Shown piece after piece: positions 1-21,153 of a stretch of DNA of 64,000 nucleotides (position 1 is its first letter; every line of letters begins with the position of its first letter). The DNA comes from an uncultured bacterium. GTDB taxonomy: Bacteria > Babelota > Babeliae > Babelales > Vermiphilaceae. The notes under the pieces are model-generated. The model was given only the letters and a program-made list of their open reading frames with translations, did not search any database and was not told the origin of the DNA. The stretch lies in the NCBI GenBank assembly GCA_963695335.1, contig OY968764.1, positions 32,001 to 96,000 on the forward strand, given 5' to 3'. The translations under genes were made by a program, and so were the position numbers.

Positions 1-166
1 CAATAATCACCGCTGAATGTGTGTAAATATACATAAAAATTGATGGTGTACTTGCAACGTAATATGCAGTTCCTGCTGTCAATGCAAGCGCACAACTCAT
101 CCAACCATACACTCCCGCCATAAATGATGAAGCTCTTTGATCAAGTTCATAATTATTTGAAAACAT
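1..166 (-). CDS. Bax inhibitor-1/YccA family membrane protein, 5' part (runs off window start)
   Basis: Hand translation MFSNNYELDQRASSFMAGVYGWMSCALALTAGTAYYVA...; FMxxVYGWMxxALALTA is typical of the YccA/BI-1 N-terminus; AAGGGA RBS upstream. Confidence 0.75.
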   Translation of the reverse strand, partial: MFSNNYELDQRASSFMAGVYGWMSCALALTAGTAYYVASTPSIFMYIYTHSAVII

Positions 167-322
167 AGTCATCCCTTTACATAGATACATAACAGATTTT
201 CCTCATACTCTACGCGATATATAACTCAGTATACAAGGATTTCACAGAGACATACAATACGCTTGCCTTGCAAAAAGCAATTATGATAAAAATAAGCTAA
301 ACACGTAAAAAAAGGAATAAAT

Positions 323-922
323 ATGATATATCAATTACTTATCCTTATTGCACTCACCTGCAATAATATAGTGCAATGCACTTCGTTCGGATCAAGCACC
401 AAAGATATCAAACAACCAGTCAATTTTTCAGGAAAAGTGACTACTCATCAAGGACAACAATATATCGTAGATAACATTTCTATCGATAACAAATATAAAG
501 ATGTCATCATGTATGCAAAACCCACAGAACACGCGCAAGCTGTTCTGAATCAAGACAACCAGCACCTTGAAATAAAACTCAATGAAAACCCTGCCACTGA
601 TTTTGCTAAAGATCCGTATAACCTTGATAAAATCAAAGAAATACAAGTTCCTTCTCCAAACACTATTTGGTATTACCAAAAAAAACCAAATCAACAAAAA
701 ATGGAATATATAGAAGTTGTTGTTATCACAAAAAGCAATACCAAAAGTTATCATCTTTTGGAACACAGAGCTCAAATTTATTGCGATGAAGTTGATGCAG
801 CTGGTTCCCAAGAAAAAATAATACCTTTGACAGCATTACAAACATTAAGCATTGAAGGTTTTACATACCGTGACACGAGCAAAACCACAAAAGAATGCCC
901 TCCATGCTCAGCAAAAAAATAA
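323..922 (+). CDS. Hypothetical exported protein (199 aa)
   Basis: AAGGA RBS, hydrophobic N-terminus, terminator downstream. Confidence 0.75.
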   Translation: MIYQLLILIALTCNNIVQCTSFGSSTKDIKQPVNFSGKVTTHQGQQYIVDNISIDNKYKDVIMYAKPTEHAQAVLNQDNQHLEIKLNENPATDFAKDPYNLDKIKEIQVPSPNTIWYYQKKPNQQKMEYIEVVVITKSNTKSYHLLEHRAQIYCDEVDAAGSQEKIIPLTALQTLSIEGFTYRDTSKTTKECPPCSAKK

Positions 923-929
923 GCATTAA

Positions 930-958
930 AAATCCCTCCACTCAAAATGGAGGGATTT
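930..958. terminator. Bidirectional intrinsic terminator
   Basis: AAATCCCTCCA/TGGAGGGATTT inverted repeat between convergent genes. Confidence 0.75.
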
Positions 959-971
959 AATTTAAAAACAA

Positions 972-1607
972 TTATTTCTTCAAAGCATCAATCTTATCTT
1001 GAACTGCTTGCTTTGCTTCATTAAGTTTCGTCACGAGTTCTTTAATTGCTGGGTTATTTTCAGCCAATTTTTCTTTCTGTTCTCGAGTTAAAACTGTCTT
1101 GCCATTATACAACACAGATTCATACGCCATAGAATATCGCTGATCAATAAATCCCGCCTTAGATATTTCTTCCCATGCGGGAGCATCATAATTTTTTAAA
1201 CAAGGTGTATCTCTTCCACATCTATTCAATGCATCTAGATAGATACCCGTCATGACATATGCTCTATGTGTTAGCTCTTTATCAAAACCACAATTGTCTT
1301 TATACATGTCGCGCAATTCTATATTAATCTTAGTTTTATTTTTATATTCTTCTTCAATTTCTGCATGTGCACGACCAGCTACAGAATTTTCATCTGGCTG
1401 CGAGATATGTCTTCCATTGCATTGATGTGATCTTGAAGTTGCTCTTTCGTTATCATTTTTTGTTTGTTGAGTCGTATACACGCCATCGATAGATGAACCT
1501 GCATCAAGTGCTTTAATATATTCAGCTATGAGCTCTTCTGTATAATCCTCTGCATACATAGAAATCGAACAACTCATTATCATAAGTAACAATAACTTCT
1601 TTTGCAT
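972..1607 (-). CDS. Hypothetical secreted protein (211 aa)
   Basis: Signal peptide MQKKLLLLMIMSCSISMYA, GAAGGA RBS. Confidence 0.75.
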   Translation of the reverse strand: MQKKLLLLMIMSCSISMYAEDYTEELIAEYIKALDAGSSIDGVYTTQQTKNDNERATSRSHQCNGRHISQPDENSVAGRAHAEIEEEYKNKTKINIELRDMYKDNCGFDKELTHRAYVMTGIYLDALNRCGRDTPCLKNYDAPAWEEISKAGFIDQRYSMAYESVLYNGKTVLTREQKEKLAENNPAIKELVTKLNEAKQAVQDKIDALKK

Positions 1608-1691
1608 AGTATTCCTTCTCTTGTTATCACAATAATTACACGTTATTATATTTTTATAATAATACGTTTATCATACAGAAGGATCATAAAA

Positions 1692-2018
1692 ATGGCTATA
1701 TCAATTACCCCAGAAAATCATGAAGCAGAAATCAAAAAATCAAATAAACCGGTTATATTAGATATCTATGCAACCTGGTGCGGGCCGTGTCAGCAAATGA
1801 ATCCAACATTAGAAGAGCTCGAAAAAGAATTGGGAGACAAATATAAGTTTGCAAAACTCAACGTGGATGAAGCACGAGAAATATCAATCAAAGATTACGG
1901 TGTCACTTCTGTTCCAACCTTTGTCTTTATTAAAGATGGTGTAATTAAAGGTAAAGAAATGGGATATATGAGTAAAGAAACGTTACACGAGAAAATTGTT
2001 GCTGCATTAGCACAATAA
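1692..2018 (+). CDS. trxA: Thioredoxin
   Basis: WCGPC active site, LNVDE, cis-Pro SVPT; start moved to MAISIT after AAGGA RBS. Confidence 0.95.
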   Translation: MAISITPENHEAEIKKSNKPVILDIYATWCGPCQQMNPTLEELEKELGDKYKFAKLNVDEAREISIKDYGVTSVPTFVFIKDGVIKGKEMGYMSKETLHEKIVAALAQ

Positions 2019-2030
2019 TTAAATTTTAAA

Positions 2031-2070
2031 ATAAAAAAGAGCTCTGGTTTTATCCAAAGCTCTTTTTTAT
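2031..2070. terminator. Bidirectional terminator
   Basis: AAAAAAGAGCT...AGCTCTTTTTT hairpin with A and T tails between convergent genes. Confidence 0.8.
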
Positions 2071-2095
2071 TTATATCAATATATTCTGTAATTGC

Positions 2096-11829
<9,734 letters not shown>

Positions 11830-11899
11830 ACAACTCCTTTTTTTGTGAAACATAAAATTTTAATAAATTTAAACATAAAAAATAACTATTTAGCAAGTT

Positions 11900-11936
11900 A
11901 AAAAGAGACTCCTGTTTTTAACAAGAGTCTCTTTTT
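11900..11936. terminator. Terminator hairpin (repeated module)
   Basis: AAAAAGAGACTC...GAGTCTCTTTTT. Confidence 0.75.
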
Positions 11937-11952
11937 AACTCAATGTGCAAAA

Positions 11953-14900
11953 TTAATTATGTTGTTCTAACGTATGTAAGCGATTATTAATGTCTTCTAT
12001 TACCATCTGCTGTTGCTCCATGTTCGCATGTAGTTTTTGAACCTCATTAAGCAGCAACACTGGCAATACATGATACTGAACAGTAAACGGTTCACCATTG
12101 CCATCTCTTACCACAAGGCCAGGAAATATTGCATCAACTTCTTCTGCTATTAAACCGTACTGTTGTGTTTCAGAAGCATCATTGTTATACGCAAAAGTTA
12201 CGGGACGAAGATTGTAAATAGCTGCTGATAAATCACTCATATCTTCAATATTATGTTTTACTCTTCTTGTTGAAGCAGCTGTACCTAATTGCCCTGTATC
12301 ATCAACTATGACTGGTAACGTCATTGCACTACCTGTTGTTGTGCTATAAATATTAGCAATACGTGTAACATTATTTTCTGATGCGGAAATTGCTCCAGTA
12401 TTGTATCCAATATAAACGTTACTATTGCCCGTTGTAAGAGTTCCTCCAGCACCAGTACCAATTGCAATATTATTGTTTCCTGTTGTGTTACTTGCTAGTG
12501 CTGAATCACCAAGAACAACATTATTATTACCGATTGTATTGTTAGTTAATGCAAATCTTCCGATTGCTGTATTCAGTGTACCTGTTGTATTAGCAAACAT
12601 TGATCTATAACCAACAGCCGTATTGTTATCAGCGCCACTATTATTCAATGCAAGTTGACCAATTGCTGTGTTATTAGAACCAGTAACATTAAACTGTAGT
12701 GTCTCATCACCAACCGCCGTATTTCCACCACCTGTACCATTAATTTCCATTGATTGTTGTCCAATTGCAGTATTTGAATTACCACCAGTGTTATTATTCA
12801 ATGCATTTCTTCCAACCGCAGTATTACTAACTCCAACACCATTGAATGTCAATGCTCCTGCTCCTACCGCAGTATTTTGAGAACCTGTTCCATTCCCTTT
12901 TAATGCGTCTTGTCCTACAGCAGTGTTAAGAATACTCGTATTGAACTGCAATGCATTACCACCAACAGCTGTGTTACCAAAACCAGTTACGTTGGTTGTA
13001 AGGGCTAAATAACCAACTGCTGTATTTGGTGTACCTGTTGTATTTGAAGATAATGCACTACTACCTACCGCTGTATTACCAACTGTTTGATCATTTACAG
13101 CAAGTGCATTGTAACCAACAGCCGTATTGTCTGTTCCTGTTATGTTTGATTGAAGTGCATTTCTTCCAACAGCAGTATTATCTGTACCTACCGAATTATT
13201 AACAAGCGCTTGAAGCCCCACAGCAGTGTTGTTAATACCTGTTGTATTAGTGAAAAGTGCACTTTGTCCGACCGCAGTATTACCATCAGCTACATTGTTA
13301 AACAATGCATTAACACCAATGGCCGTATTATACGAACCAGTCGTGTTCGTTTGAAGTGCAAAACTTCCAAGTGCGGTATTATTCATTCCTATATTATTTG
13401 CATAAAGCGCATTTGCCCCCACTGCTGTATTATCAATACCCGTTGTATTGTTTATAAGTGCACTATTACCAACAGCTGTATTATTAGAACCAGTTGAATT
13501 AGTGAAAAGAGCATTGTATCCGACAGCAGTGTTGCCATCAACTAAATTATCAGACAATGCACCAACACCAACCGCTGTATTATAAGAACCTGATATATTA
13601 GAGCCCAATGCACCCAATCCAACAGCAACATTGTTATTTCCCATTTCACTGAGAGCAAGAGCAGCTTGTCCAACTGCAGTGTTATTAGCACCTGTTGTAT
13701 TATTTGCAAGCGCATATTCCCCAAAAGCACTATTATTATTTGCAAGATTATTTTGTAATGCATTCATACCAATAGCAGTATTATTAACACCAATTATATT
13801 CGCTGTAAGTGCATTACATCCAACGGCTGTATTAGAAAAACCAGTTGTATTAGACAATAAGCTATTGACACCAATAGCAGTGTTAGAAGAGCCAATGCTA
13901 TTTGCCTGAAGCGCAGCTTGTCCTACCGCTGTGTTAGATGAACCAACAGAATTAGTAAGGAGCGCATTTTGTCCCATTGCTGTATTTTGAATACCTATAG
14001 TATTTGATTGAAGTGCACCTTGTCCTACAGCAGTATTCTGCCATCCCGTTGTATTAGCATTAAGTGAATTTTGTCCAACTGAAGTATTTTGATAACCTAT
14101 TGTATTATTTGCTAATGCATTATGCCCAACTGCAGTATTATTATCAACAGTATTAGCATTCAAAGCTATCACTCCAACAGCTGTATTATTCATTCCTGTT
14201 GCATTAAATGATAAAGTTCCAAGCCCAATAGCAGTGTTATTCGCACCAGTGGTATTTTCTTGTAAAGCGCCTGAACCAAAAGCACTATTTTGATCACCTT
14301 CTGTGTTAAATTGCATTGCATTAGTACCAACAGCTGTATTCATGAATCCAGCATCATTTAATTGAAGAGCATTTTGTCCAACAGCAACATTAGAATAACC
14401 TACTGTATTCGTTGTAAGCGCATTATATCCAACTGCTGTATTAGCAATACCTACTGTATTATTTAAAAGTGTTTGATATCCAACAGCAGTATTATTTATA
14501 CCTGTTGTATTACTCTGTAATGATTGACTACCAACTGCCGTATTACCAACAGTTCCATCATTTGAAAGAAGCGCATTAAAACCTACTGCTGTATTATCCG
14601 TTCCTGTATTATTACCTGATAATGCAGTAGCACCAATAGCAGTATTATTAATTCCACTTACATTAGAATCAAGAGCTTCAAATCCAACAGCGGTATTATT
14701 CACCCCAGTCGTGTTACTCTCCATAGCAAATGTTCCAACAGCTGTGTTTTGTGAACCAGTTGCATTATTAGTAAGCGCCTCATATCCAACGGCAACGTTA
14801 GATGTTCCTGTTGTATTTTCAAAGAGCGCATCATATCCTACGGCAGTATTTCCATCAACTGTATTATAATAAAGCGCACCACTACCCACTGCAGTGTTAT

Positions 14901-16737
14901 TACTACCTGTTGTATTATATTCAAGCGCTTCACAACCTATGACAGTGTTATTATTACCTGTTTCATTAGAATAAAAAGCATATGCACCTACAACAGTATT
15001 ATCACTACCTGCTGTGTTATTTGGCATAGCTCCCGCCCCAACAGCAGTATTACTAGCACCTGTTGTATTGCTGAGTAATGCACCACTTCCAACTGCTGTA
15101 TTAGCATCCGCTCCATCATTTGCAGTGAGTGCATTGTACCCAATCGCAGTATTATCAGTACCAACTGCACTGATCATCAATGCTCCAGATCCCATAGCTG
15201 TGTTATGAGTGCCCACTGTGTTATATTGTAATGCATTTTGACCAACTGCTGTATTAAGATCTCCAGTATTATACAATAACGCATTACTACCAATAGCAAC
15301 ATTACCCATTCCCGTCACATTATTTGCAAGTGCACTAAATCCAACAGCTGTATTGGGTGTACCTGTAGTATTTGCTGCCAATGCAAGACCACCTACAGCC
15401 GTATTAGCATTGGTTCCGGATGTATTTGCAGCAAGCGTATTAAATCCAACTGCAGTGTTATACAATCCTGTTGTATTTGATTCTAAAGCAAATGTTCCCA
15501 CAGCTGTATTATATGTACCACATGTATTTGCAGTAAGAGAATTATATCCAACAGCTGTATTCAGAGTACCTGTTGTATTACCTGCCATTGAACTTGCACC
15601 AACAGCTGTATTATATGACACTGTATTAGCATTTAATGTATTAGCCCCTAATGCAGTATTATTAGTACCTGTAACGTTAGCACTCAATGCATCACCAACC
15701 GCAGTATTATTACTGCCTATTGTAGTAAGAGGTAATGTATTATATCCAACAGCCGTATTACCTGAACCTGTTGTAACAGCTGCAAGTGCATTAACACCAA
15801 ATCCACTATTTCTTCCTGTACCAGTTGTACTTACATTACCAGCATTACTACCCACAAATGTGTTATCTGTTCCAAATGTATGAATAAATAATGATCCTCC
15901 TTTAATAACATTACCCGTAGCAAGGCTTGTTGAATCACTCAAAAAAAGATCGCATCCAGCAATAACATCACATGCACTTACAGTTCCTGATGCAAAAACA
16001 TCACCAACAGAAAGTGTGGTAGCACATATCGTATCCACACAACTTGAAGGATCAAACACTCCTGTAGCACCCGTTGCGCCAGCAGCTCCTGTTGCACCAG
16101 TTGCACCAATACTACCAGACCCTCCTGGTCCAGTTGCTCCCGTTGCACCGGTGTTTCCTGTATGCCCACGGTGCCCGCGATGTCCACGCGGACCACGTGG
16201 CCCTTTACAACACAACGGTTTAACACAACAATTTCCGTTTATATGGGTATCATTATCATTAAATGCATCATCACAACATCTTTGTACAGTCAAATCACCA
16301 TTTTCAATCTGACATTCTAATTCATCGAGCATGTTTTCAATTTTATGTAATTGATCTTCAGACATGCTATGACTCTTACGAACTATAAAATCTTCAGCAT
16401 ATGCAAGCGTTTCTACTATTGCATCATAGTCGCTAACAACATAGCCCCGTTTAATATGATTTCTTAATCCCCACAAAAGAGAATTTTTATTTTCATCAAA
16501 CTTAACTATTTCCTCGATTATATTTTCGATATCACTAACATCATTACCAAGATAAATATAAGAACGTTTTGGATTATTACGGATTTCTTGCAGCTCTATT
16601 TCAGATAAATGAATAGCTACTTTTTGATGCGCATGATCTTCAGAAAGTTGCTCACGCGCCACCATTGGTAATGGCCCAACCAACAAAGCTAACGAGACAA
16701 CTAATGAGAATGATTGAGAAATACATATCTGTTTCAT
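11953..16737 (-). CDS. Secreted fibre protein 4 (1594 aa), paralog with the longest repeat region
   Basis: Same architecture, shorter collagen segment, Cys-rich linker, ASTRRVKHNI. Confidence 0.85.
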   Translation of the reverse strand: MKQICISQSFSLVVSLALLVGPLPMVAREQLSEDHAHQKVAIHLSEIELQEIRNNPKRSYIYLGNDVSDIENIIEEIVKFDENKNSLLWGLRNHIKRGYVVSDYDAIVETLAYAEDFIVRKSHSMSEDQLHKIENMLDELECQIENGDLTVQRCCDDAFNDNDTHINGNCCVKPLCCKGPRGPRGHRGHRGHTGNTGATGATGPGGSGSIGATGATGAAGATGATGVFDPSSCVDTICATTLSVGDVFASGTVSACDVIAGCDLFLSDSTSLATGNVIKGGSLFIHTFGTDNTFVGSNAGNVSTTGTGRNSGFGVNALAAVTTGSGNTAVGYNTLPLTTIGSNNTAVGDALSANVTGTNNTALGANTLNANTVSYNTAVGASSMAGNTTGTLNTAVGYNSLTANTCGTYNTAVGTFALESNTTGLYNTAVGFNTLAANTSGTNANTAVGGLALAANTTGTPNTAVGFSALANNVTGMGNVAIGSNALLYNTGDLNTAVGQNALQYNTVGTHNTAMGSGALMISAVGTDNTAIGYNALTANDGADANTAVGSGALLSNTTGASNTAVGAGAMPNNTAGSDNTVVGAYAFYSNETGNNNTVIGCEALEYNTTGSNNTAVGSGALYYNTVDGNTAVGYDALFENTTGTSNVAVGYEALTNNATGSQNTAVGTFAMESNTTGVNNTAVGFEALDSNVSGINNTAIGATALSGNNTGTDNTAVGFNALLSNDGTVGNTAVGSQSLQSNTTGINNTAVGYQTLLNNTVGIANTAVGYNALTTNTVGYSNVAVGQNALQLNDAGFMNTAVGTNAMQFNTEGDQNSAFGSGALQENTTGANNTAIGLGTLSFNATGMNNTAVGVIALNANTVDNNTAVGHNALANNTIGYQNTSVGQNSLNANTTGWQNTAVGQGALQSNTIGIQNTAMGQNALLTNSVGSSNTAVGQAALQANSIGSSNTAIGVNSLLSNTTGFSNTAVGCNALTANIIGVNNTAIGMNALQNNLANNNSAFGEYALANNTTGANNTAVGQAALALSEMGNNNVAVGLGALGSNISGSYNTAVGVGALSDNLVDGNTAVGYNALFTNSTGSNNTAVGNSALINNTTGIDNTAVGANALYANNIGMNNTALGSFALQTNTTGSYNTAIGVNALFNNVADGNTAVGQSALFTNTTGINNTAVGLQALVNNSVGTDNTAVGRNALQSNITGTDNTAVGYNALAVNDQTVGNTAVGSSALSSNTTGTPNTAVGYLALTTNVTGFGNTAVGGNALQFNTSILNTAVGQDALKGNGTGSQNTAVGAGALTFNGVGVSNTAVGRNALNNNTGGNSNTAIGQQSMEINGTGGGNTAVGDETLQFNVTGSNNTAIGQLALNNSGADNNTAVGYRSMFANTTGTLNTAIGRFALTNNTIGNNNVVLGDSALASNTTGNNNIAIGTGAGGTLTTGNSNVYIGYNTGAISASENNVTRIANIYSTTTGSAMTLPVIVDDTGQLGTAASTRRVKHNIEDMSDLSAAIYNLRPVTFAYNNDASETQQYGLIAEEVDAIFPGLVVRDGNGEPFTVQYHVLPVLLLNEVQKLHANMEQQQMVIEDINNRLHTLEQHN

Positions 16738-16812
16738 ACAACTCCTTTTTTTGTGAAACATGATTTTTTTAGTAAATTTAAACACACACAATAGTCATTT
16801 AGCAAGGTACAC

Positions 16813-16849
16813 AAAAAAAAGACTCCTGGTTTTTACAGGAGTCTTTTTT
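16813..16849 (-). terminator. cysS terminator (same module as between the fibre genes)
   Basis: AAAAAAGACTCCTG/CAGGAGTCTTTTTT. Confidence 0.8.
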
Positions 16850-16880
16850 ATAATCAAGTTTTTTATATATGCTCTAATTC

Positions 16881-18194
16881 TTATATTTTACCATCGTGAA
16901 CATCAACACCCATCGTTTTTAATTGATCACGCAATTCATCTGAACGTTTCCAATTTTTTTCACGACGCGCTTTATTCCGTTCAATAATGAGTGCTTCTAT
17001 TTCTGGTGTTAGTTCAACAGTTTGTTCTAGCAATGGTTGCAAAGTTAAGCCAAGCACATGAGTAAGTATATTTTTTACCACAGCCAACTCATATTGATTA
17101 TTGGCAATCTCAGCGATATTTTCAAAAATCACTCCAAGTAATCCAGGAGTATTCAGGTCGTCTTGTAAAAACGCTTTCATACGATCAACTATGTCCGACT
17201 GATATGTTGTATTTAATTCTACATTTTGTGCACACAAACGAATCAAACGTTCATAACTTTTTTGAGCACTCGTCAAACCTTCAAAAGAAAATTCAATAGG
17301 CATACGATAATGATGCGTTAAAAAATAATAACGCAAAACCATAGGATCAAAATGTTTATACACATCACGTAAAACAAAAAAATTACCCAATGATTTTGAC
17401 ATTTTTTCTTTATTACTGTTCACCATTCCATTATGTATCCACATGCGTGAAAAAGGTGCTCCCAATAAACTTTCTGATTGAGCGATCTCATTTTCATGAT
17501 GAGGAAATATCAGATCAAGGCCACCACCATGAATATCAATATGTTCACCCAAATTAAGATATGCAAGCACAGAACATTCAATATGCCACCCTGGACGTCC
17601 ATAACCCCATGGGCTCTGCCAAAACTCTCCTTCTGGCTCACCCTTCCACAGCGCAAAATCTAAAGGATTATTTTTTTTATCGCACACATCAATGCGAGCT
17701 CCCGCATGCAAATCTTCTATTTTTTGTTTGGATAATTTTCCATATTCTGGGAACTTTTTAATAGAAAAATAAACATCATTGCCCGCTTGATACGCATCCC
17801 CTTTATCAATAAGTCTTTGAATAAATTCTATAATTTGTGGGATATTGTCTGTCACACGAGGTTCGTGTTGAGGTGATACACAATTGAGTTTTCCAATATC
17901 TTGATGAAAATTTTTAATATAACGGTCAGCAATTTCATGAAACCGTAACCGGTCCCCAAACTCTTTTTCTGCTCGATGCATCGTTTTATCATCAATATCG
18001 GTAAAATTTCTGCAATACGTTACGTCTATACCAAAAAATTGAAGCGTTCTATACAAAAGATCAAAAGCAACATAACATCTACCATGACCAATATGAGCAT
18101 CATCGTATGGAGTAACGCCACAAACGTACATTTTTACCTGTTTGCCTGTTACAAATTCTTCTTTTTTTCCCGTCAGGGTATTGGTAAATTGCAT
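16881..18194 (-). CDS. cysS: Cysteine--tRNA ligase
   Basis: MYVCGVTPYD, HIGH, GRPGWHIECS, HGGGLDLIFPHHENE, KMSKSLGN. Confidence 0.98.
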   Translation of the reverse strand: MQFTNTLTGKKEEFVTGKQVKMYVCGVTPYDDAHIGHGRCYVAFDLLYRTLQFFGIDVTYCRNFTDIDDKTMHRAEKEFGDRLRFHEIADRYIKNFHQDIGKLNCVSPQHEPRVTDNIPQIIEFIQRLIDKGDAYQAGNDVYFSIKKFPEYGKLSKQKIEDLHAGARIDVCDKKNNPLDFALWKGEPEGEFWQSPWGYGRPGWHIECSVLAYLNLGEHIDIHGGGLDLIFPHHENEIAQSESLLGAPFSRMWIHNGMVNSNKEKMSKSLGNFFVLRDVYKHFDPMVLRYYFLTHHYRMPIEFSFEGLTSAQKSYERLIRLCAQNVELNTTYQSDIVDRMKAFLQDDLNTPGLLGVIFENIAEIANNQYELAVVKNILTHVLGLTLQPLLEQTVELTPEIEALIIERNKARREKNWKRSDELRDQLKTMGVDVHDGKI

Positions 18195-18398
18195 AGTATT
18201 CTCTTTATATCGCCTAATTTTAAATTCATTACAAGAATTTTTTAGTTACTTTCTCTTACTTTAACACAACTTTTGCCATTATTTAAGACCACAAAAGGGA
18301 TATGCCCTAGTAAAAAATTAAAAAATGAGTAGTATGTTTCATTAATTCTTCCTAATTATTGTGTCAATTAAAAGTAATGACGGGCAGCGGGATTATCT

Positions 18399-20888
18399 AT
18401 GATAAAAAAAGGACTTCACAATTACTGTGCTACCATACTTATACTACTCTTTTGCAGTAGTATTACCTTCATCACCAAAACAGAGTCTACCCAAGACTTG
18501 ATAGAAGAGGATAATACGCAAGAAGAAGTAGCACCATCTTTCAATCTTCCACCTCGAATTAATAGTATTATTGTTCACGGCAATGCTTCTACTGCAACAG
18601 ACGCTATCTTAAACAACGTACCCTATAAAATTGGCGAACTGTTTGATCCTCGTAAAACAAAAACACTCATCCGTAACCTTTACTATAAGCTTAAAAAATT
18701 CCGTACAGTCAAAGTTATGGCAGAGCCTCTTGAAAACAATTACATAAATTTGCATGTTATCGTTCAAGAAAAATATCCACTCAAAGAGATACAATTTATT
18801 GGCAATAAAAAAGTATCTGAAAAAGATATCAATAAAAAAATACATCTTGATGAAATCACCGCTATAGATCCTGAAGAACTTAAAATAATCGCCAATAAAA
18901 TCAAAGAACTATACCTTGAAAAAGGGTATCATCAAACAGATATTGCAACAGAAACAGTTCTTGATGATAATAATCGTGCAACTGCAATATTAACGGTGAA
19001 TGAAGGAATAGCCGCAACAGTTAAACAGATACATTTTATTGGCAACAACAGTATTAGCAGCAAAGAATTACGCTCCATTGCTTTGACAAAAGAAGATTGG
19101 CTGCTCGGATTCTTGGATAAATCTGGAAATTATCATCCTGATCGCCTTGAAGGTGACAAACATTTTATCGAGCAATATTACCAAAATTGTGGATTTTTAC
19201 ATGCCAAAGTTGTTGATATTGTAGTAGACATCAATCCAGAAACACAAAACATTATTCTTACATTTGAAATAGAAGAAGGACATCAATACGTTATCAATAA
19301 AATCAGCGCCCCTGGCAAAGATAATGTTTCTGAAGAACATCTTCTTGCAATGCTGCCAATACGCCCCGGTATGTATTATTCACGTGAAGGCATTACCAAT
19401 TCAATAAAACGTCTTGAATATATTTGGGGAGATTTTGGTTATATTTTTGCACATATCGACCCTTCTATCCAATCTAACGAAGATGAAAAAACAGTAGATA
19501 TTTCATTCTTCTCAGAATTGGGAGATCAAGTTTATTTAAATAAGATTAATATCCGTGGCAATACCAAAACACGCGACAAAATCATTAGACGTAAAATTAT
19601 TCTTGATGAAGGCGAATTACTCACCCAAACCAAGATGAATATATCAAAACGTAATGTTGCTTCTCTTGGTTATTTTGATCCAAAAGAAGGCGTTAACTGG
19701 AAAATTCGTCGCCTTAATAAAGAAGAAGCAGATCTTGATTTAATACTCAAAGAAACCAAAACAGGTCACTTTGGTGCACAACTTGGTTTTGGTGGTGCGG
19801 CCGGTGCCACATGGGATGCGGCAATTTCTGGTATGTCAGTAAAAACTGAACTTTCTGACACCAATCTTTTTGGAAGCGGTGTGCATCTAAATTTAAGCGC
19901 AACCTATGCAAAAGATGAACAAACAGCAATGCTCCATGTTGCGCAACCATGGCTCTTTGATAAACCAATTTTAGGGGCATTTGACATCTTCCATCGTCGT
20001 CCAGTCTATGACGAATTACGTCATGTCAGAACTGTTAAACAAAAACTTACCGGCGGATCGGTTACATTTGGTGGAATTACACAATCAAAAAATCCTCTGT
20101 TTCATGACGTCAACATTCTATTTACATCAGGCGTTGAGGATATTAAATATGATGCTAATCCTCCAGAATCTTTATTTGCAAATCCAATAGAAAAAGCACT
20201 CTATCAACAAATTCTTACCAAAGAATTCACACCTGGCACGTATGCATTTGTATCAACAAAACTGGAACAAGATACACGTAACCATCCTGTGCATACTATG
20301 CAAGGTCACAAGTTACGATTCTCTGGAAAATTTGCAATCCCTACCTTTGGCAACAATATTGGTTTCTATAAATTAGAACTTGATGGCAGCTGGTTTACAC
20401 CACTTATTTCTGAATACAATCTGATACTCAAGCTGCATGGCTATTTTGGTGTTGCCTCACCATTCAAAAATAGAATTGTTCCGTTTGGTGATCTGTATCA
20501 TATTGGTGGTCAGCATAGTGTGCGTGGTTTCTTGTTCGGTCAAATTGGACCACAATTCTCTGGCGATACAATTGGTGGTGCAAAGGCATTTTTCTGGAAC
20601 GCAGAACTGATTGCACCCATTACTCCCGATATGAATATGAAAGCTGTTGTATTCTATGATGGTGGTACTGGTTTTAACAATCCATATGTTACACCTGCAG
20701 ATAAACCATTTGTTACTGGCAATGGTTTTGATTATCGCCACGCAGTTGGGATTGGTATCAGAATGTTGCAACCAATGCCAATGAATATTGATTGGGGTTT
20801 CAAAATAGATCCACGCAAAGATAAACTTAATCCAGCCCGCAGCGAATCTGCCTCAGAAATACATTTTGGTATGTCATATGATTGGTAA
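18399..20888 (+). CDS. bamA: Outer membrane protein assembly factor BamA
   Basis: POTRA repeats (IxxIxFxGN), VRGF motif, C-terminal aromatic beta-signal. Confidence 0.93.
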   Translation: MIKKGLHNYCATILILLFCSSITFITKTESTQDLIEEDNTQEEVAPSFNLPPRINSIIVHGNASTATDAILNNVPYKIGELFDPRKTKTLIRNLYYKLKKFRTVKVMAEPLENNYINLHVIVQEKYPLKEIQFIGNKKVSEKDINKKIHLDEITAIDPEELKIIANKIKELYLEKGYHQTDIATETVLDDNNRATAILTVNEGIAATVKQIHFIGNNSISSKELRSIALTKEDWLLGFLDKSGNYHPDRLEGDKHFIEQYYQNCGFLHAKVVDIVVDINPETQNIILTFEIEEGHQYVINKISAPGKDNVSEEHLLAMLPIRPGMYYSREGITNSIKRLEYIWGDFGYIFAHIDPSIQSNEDEKTVDISFFSELGDQVYLNKINIRGNTKTRDKIIRRKIILDEGELLTQTKMNISKRNVASLGYFDPKEGVNWKIRRLNKEEADLDLILKETKTGHFGAQLGFGGAAGATWDAAISGMSVKTELSDTNLFGSGVHLNLSATYAKDEQTAMLHVAQPWLFDKPILGAFDIFHRRPVYDELRHVRTVKQKLTGGSVTFGGITQSKNPLFHDVNILFTSGVEDIKYDANPPESLFANPIEKALYQQILTKEFTPGTYAFVSTKLEQDTRNHPVHTMQGHKLRFSGKFAIPTFGNNIGFYKLELDGSWFTPLISEYNLILKLHGYFGVASPFKNRIVPFGDLYHIGGQHSVRGFLFGQIGPQFSGDTIGGAKAFFWNAELIAPITPDMNMKAVVFYDGGTGFNNPYVTPADKPFVTGNGFDYRHAVGIGIRMLQPMPMNIDWGFKIDPRKDKLNPARSESASEIHFGMSYDW

Positions 20889-21153
20889 AAAACAGATTTT
20901 ATTGCTCAGCATAAATGCTCTGCAGATTAATGCCATGCATGAGATTATAGTTTATAAACCAATATCTGGTGTGATGACATTTTCACGAGAAGAAAAACAA
21001 ATCATCGACCGTCTCCCGTTTATCATAGAAAAAATTAGAAAAGAAAGAGCAAAGGAAATAAAAGATCATGAATATCAAAAAGATCATCACACTGAGCCTT
21101 ATTCTTGCCATCAATCTTTCCAATATTCGCGCGATGGAACATCCAAACTCTGA
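20878..21153 (+). CDS. Possible small secreted hypothetical protein (overlaps both neighbours)
   Basis: MIGKKQILLLSINALQINA|MHE, signal-like; 86-nt overlap with the next gene lowers confidence. Confidence 0.35.
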   Translation: MIGKKQILLLSINALQINAMHEIIVYKPISGVMTFSREEKQIIDRLPFIIEKIRKERAKEIKDHEYQKDHHTEPYSCHQSFQYSRDGTSKL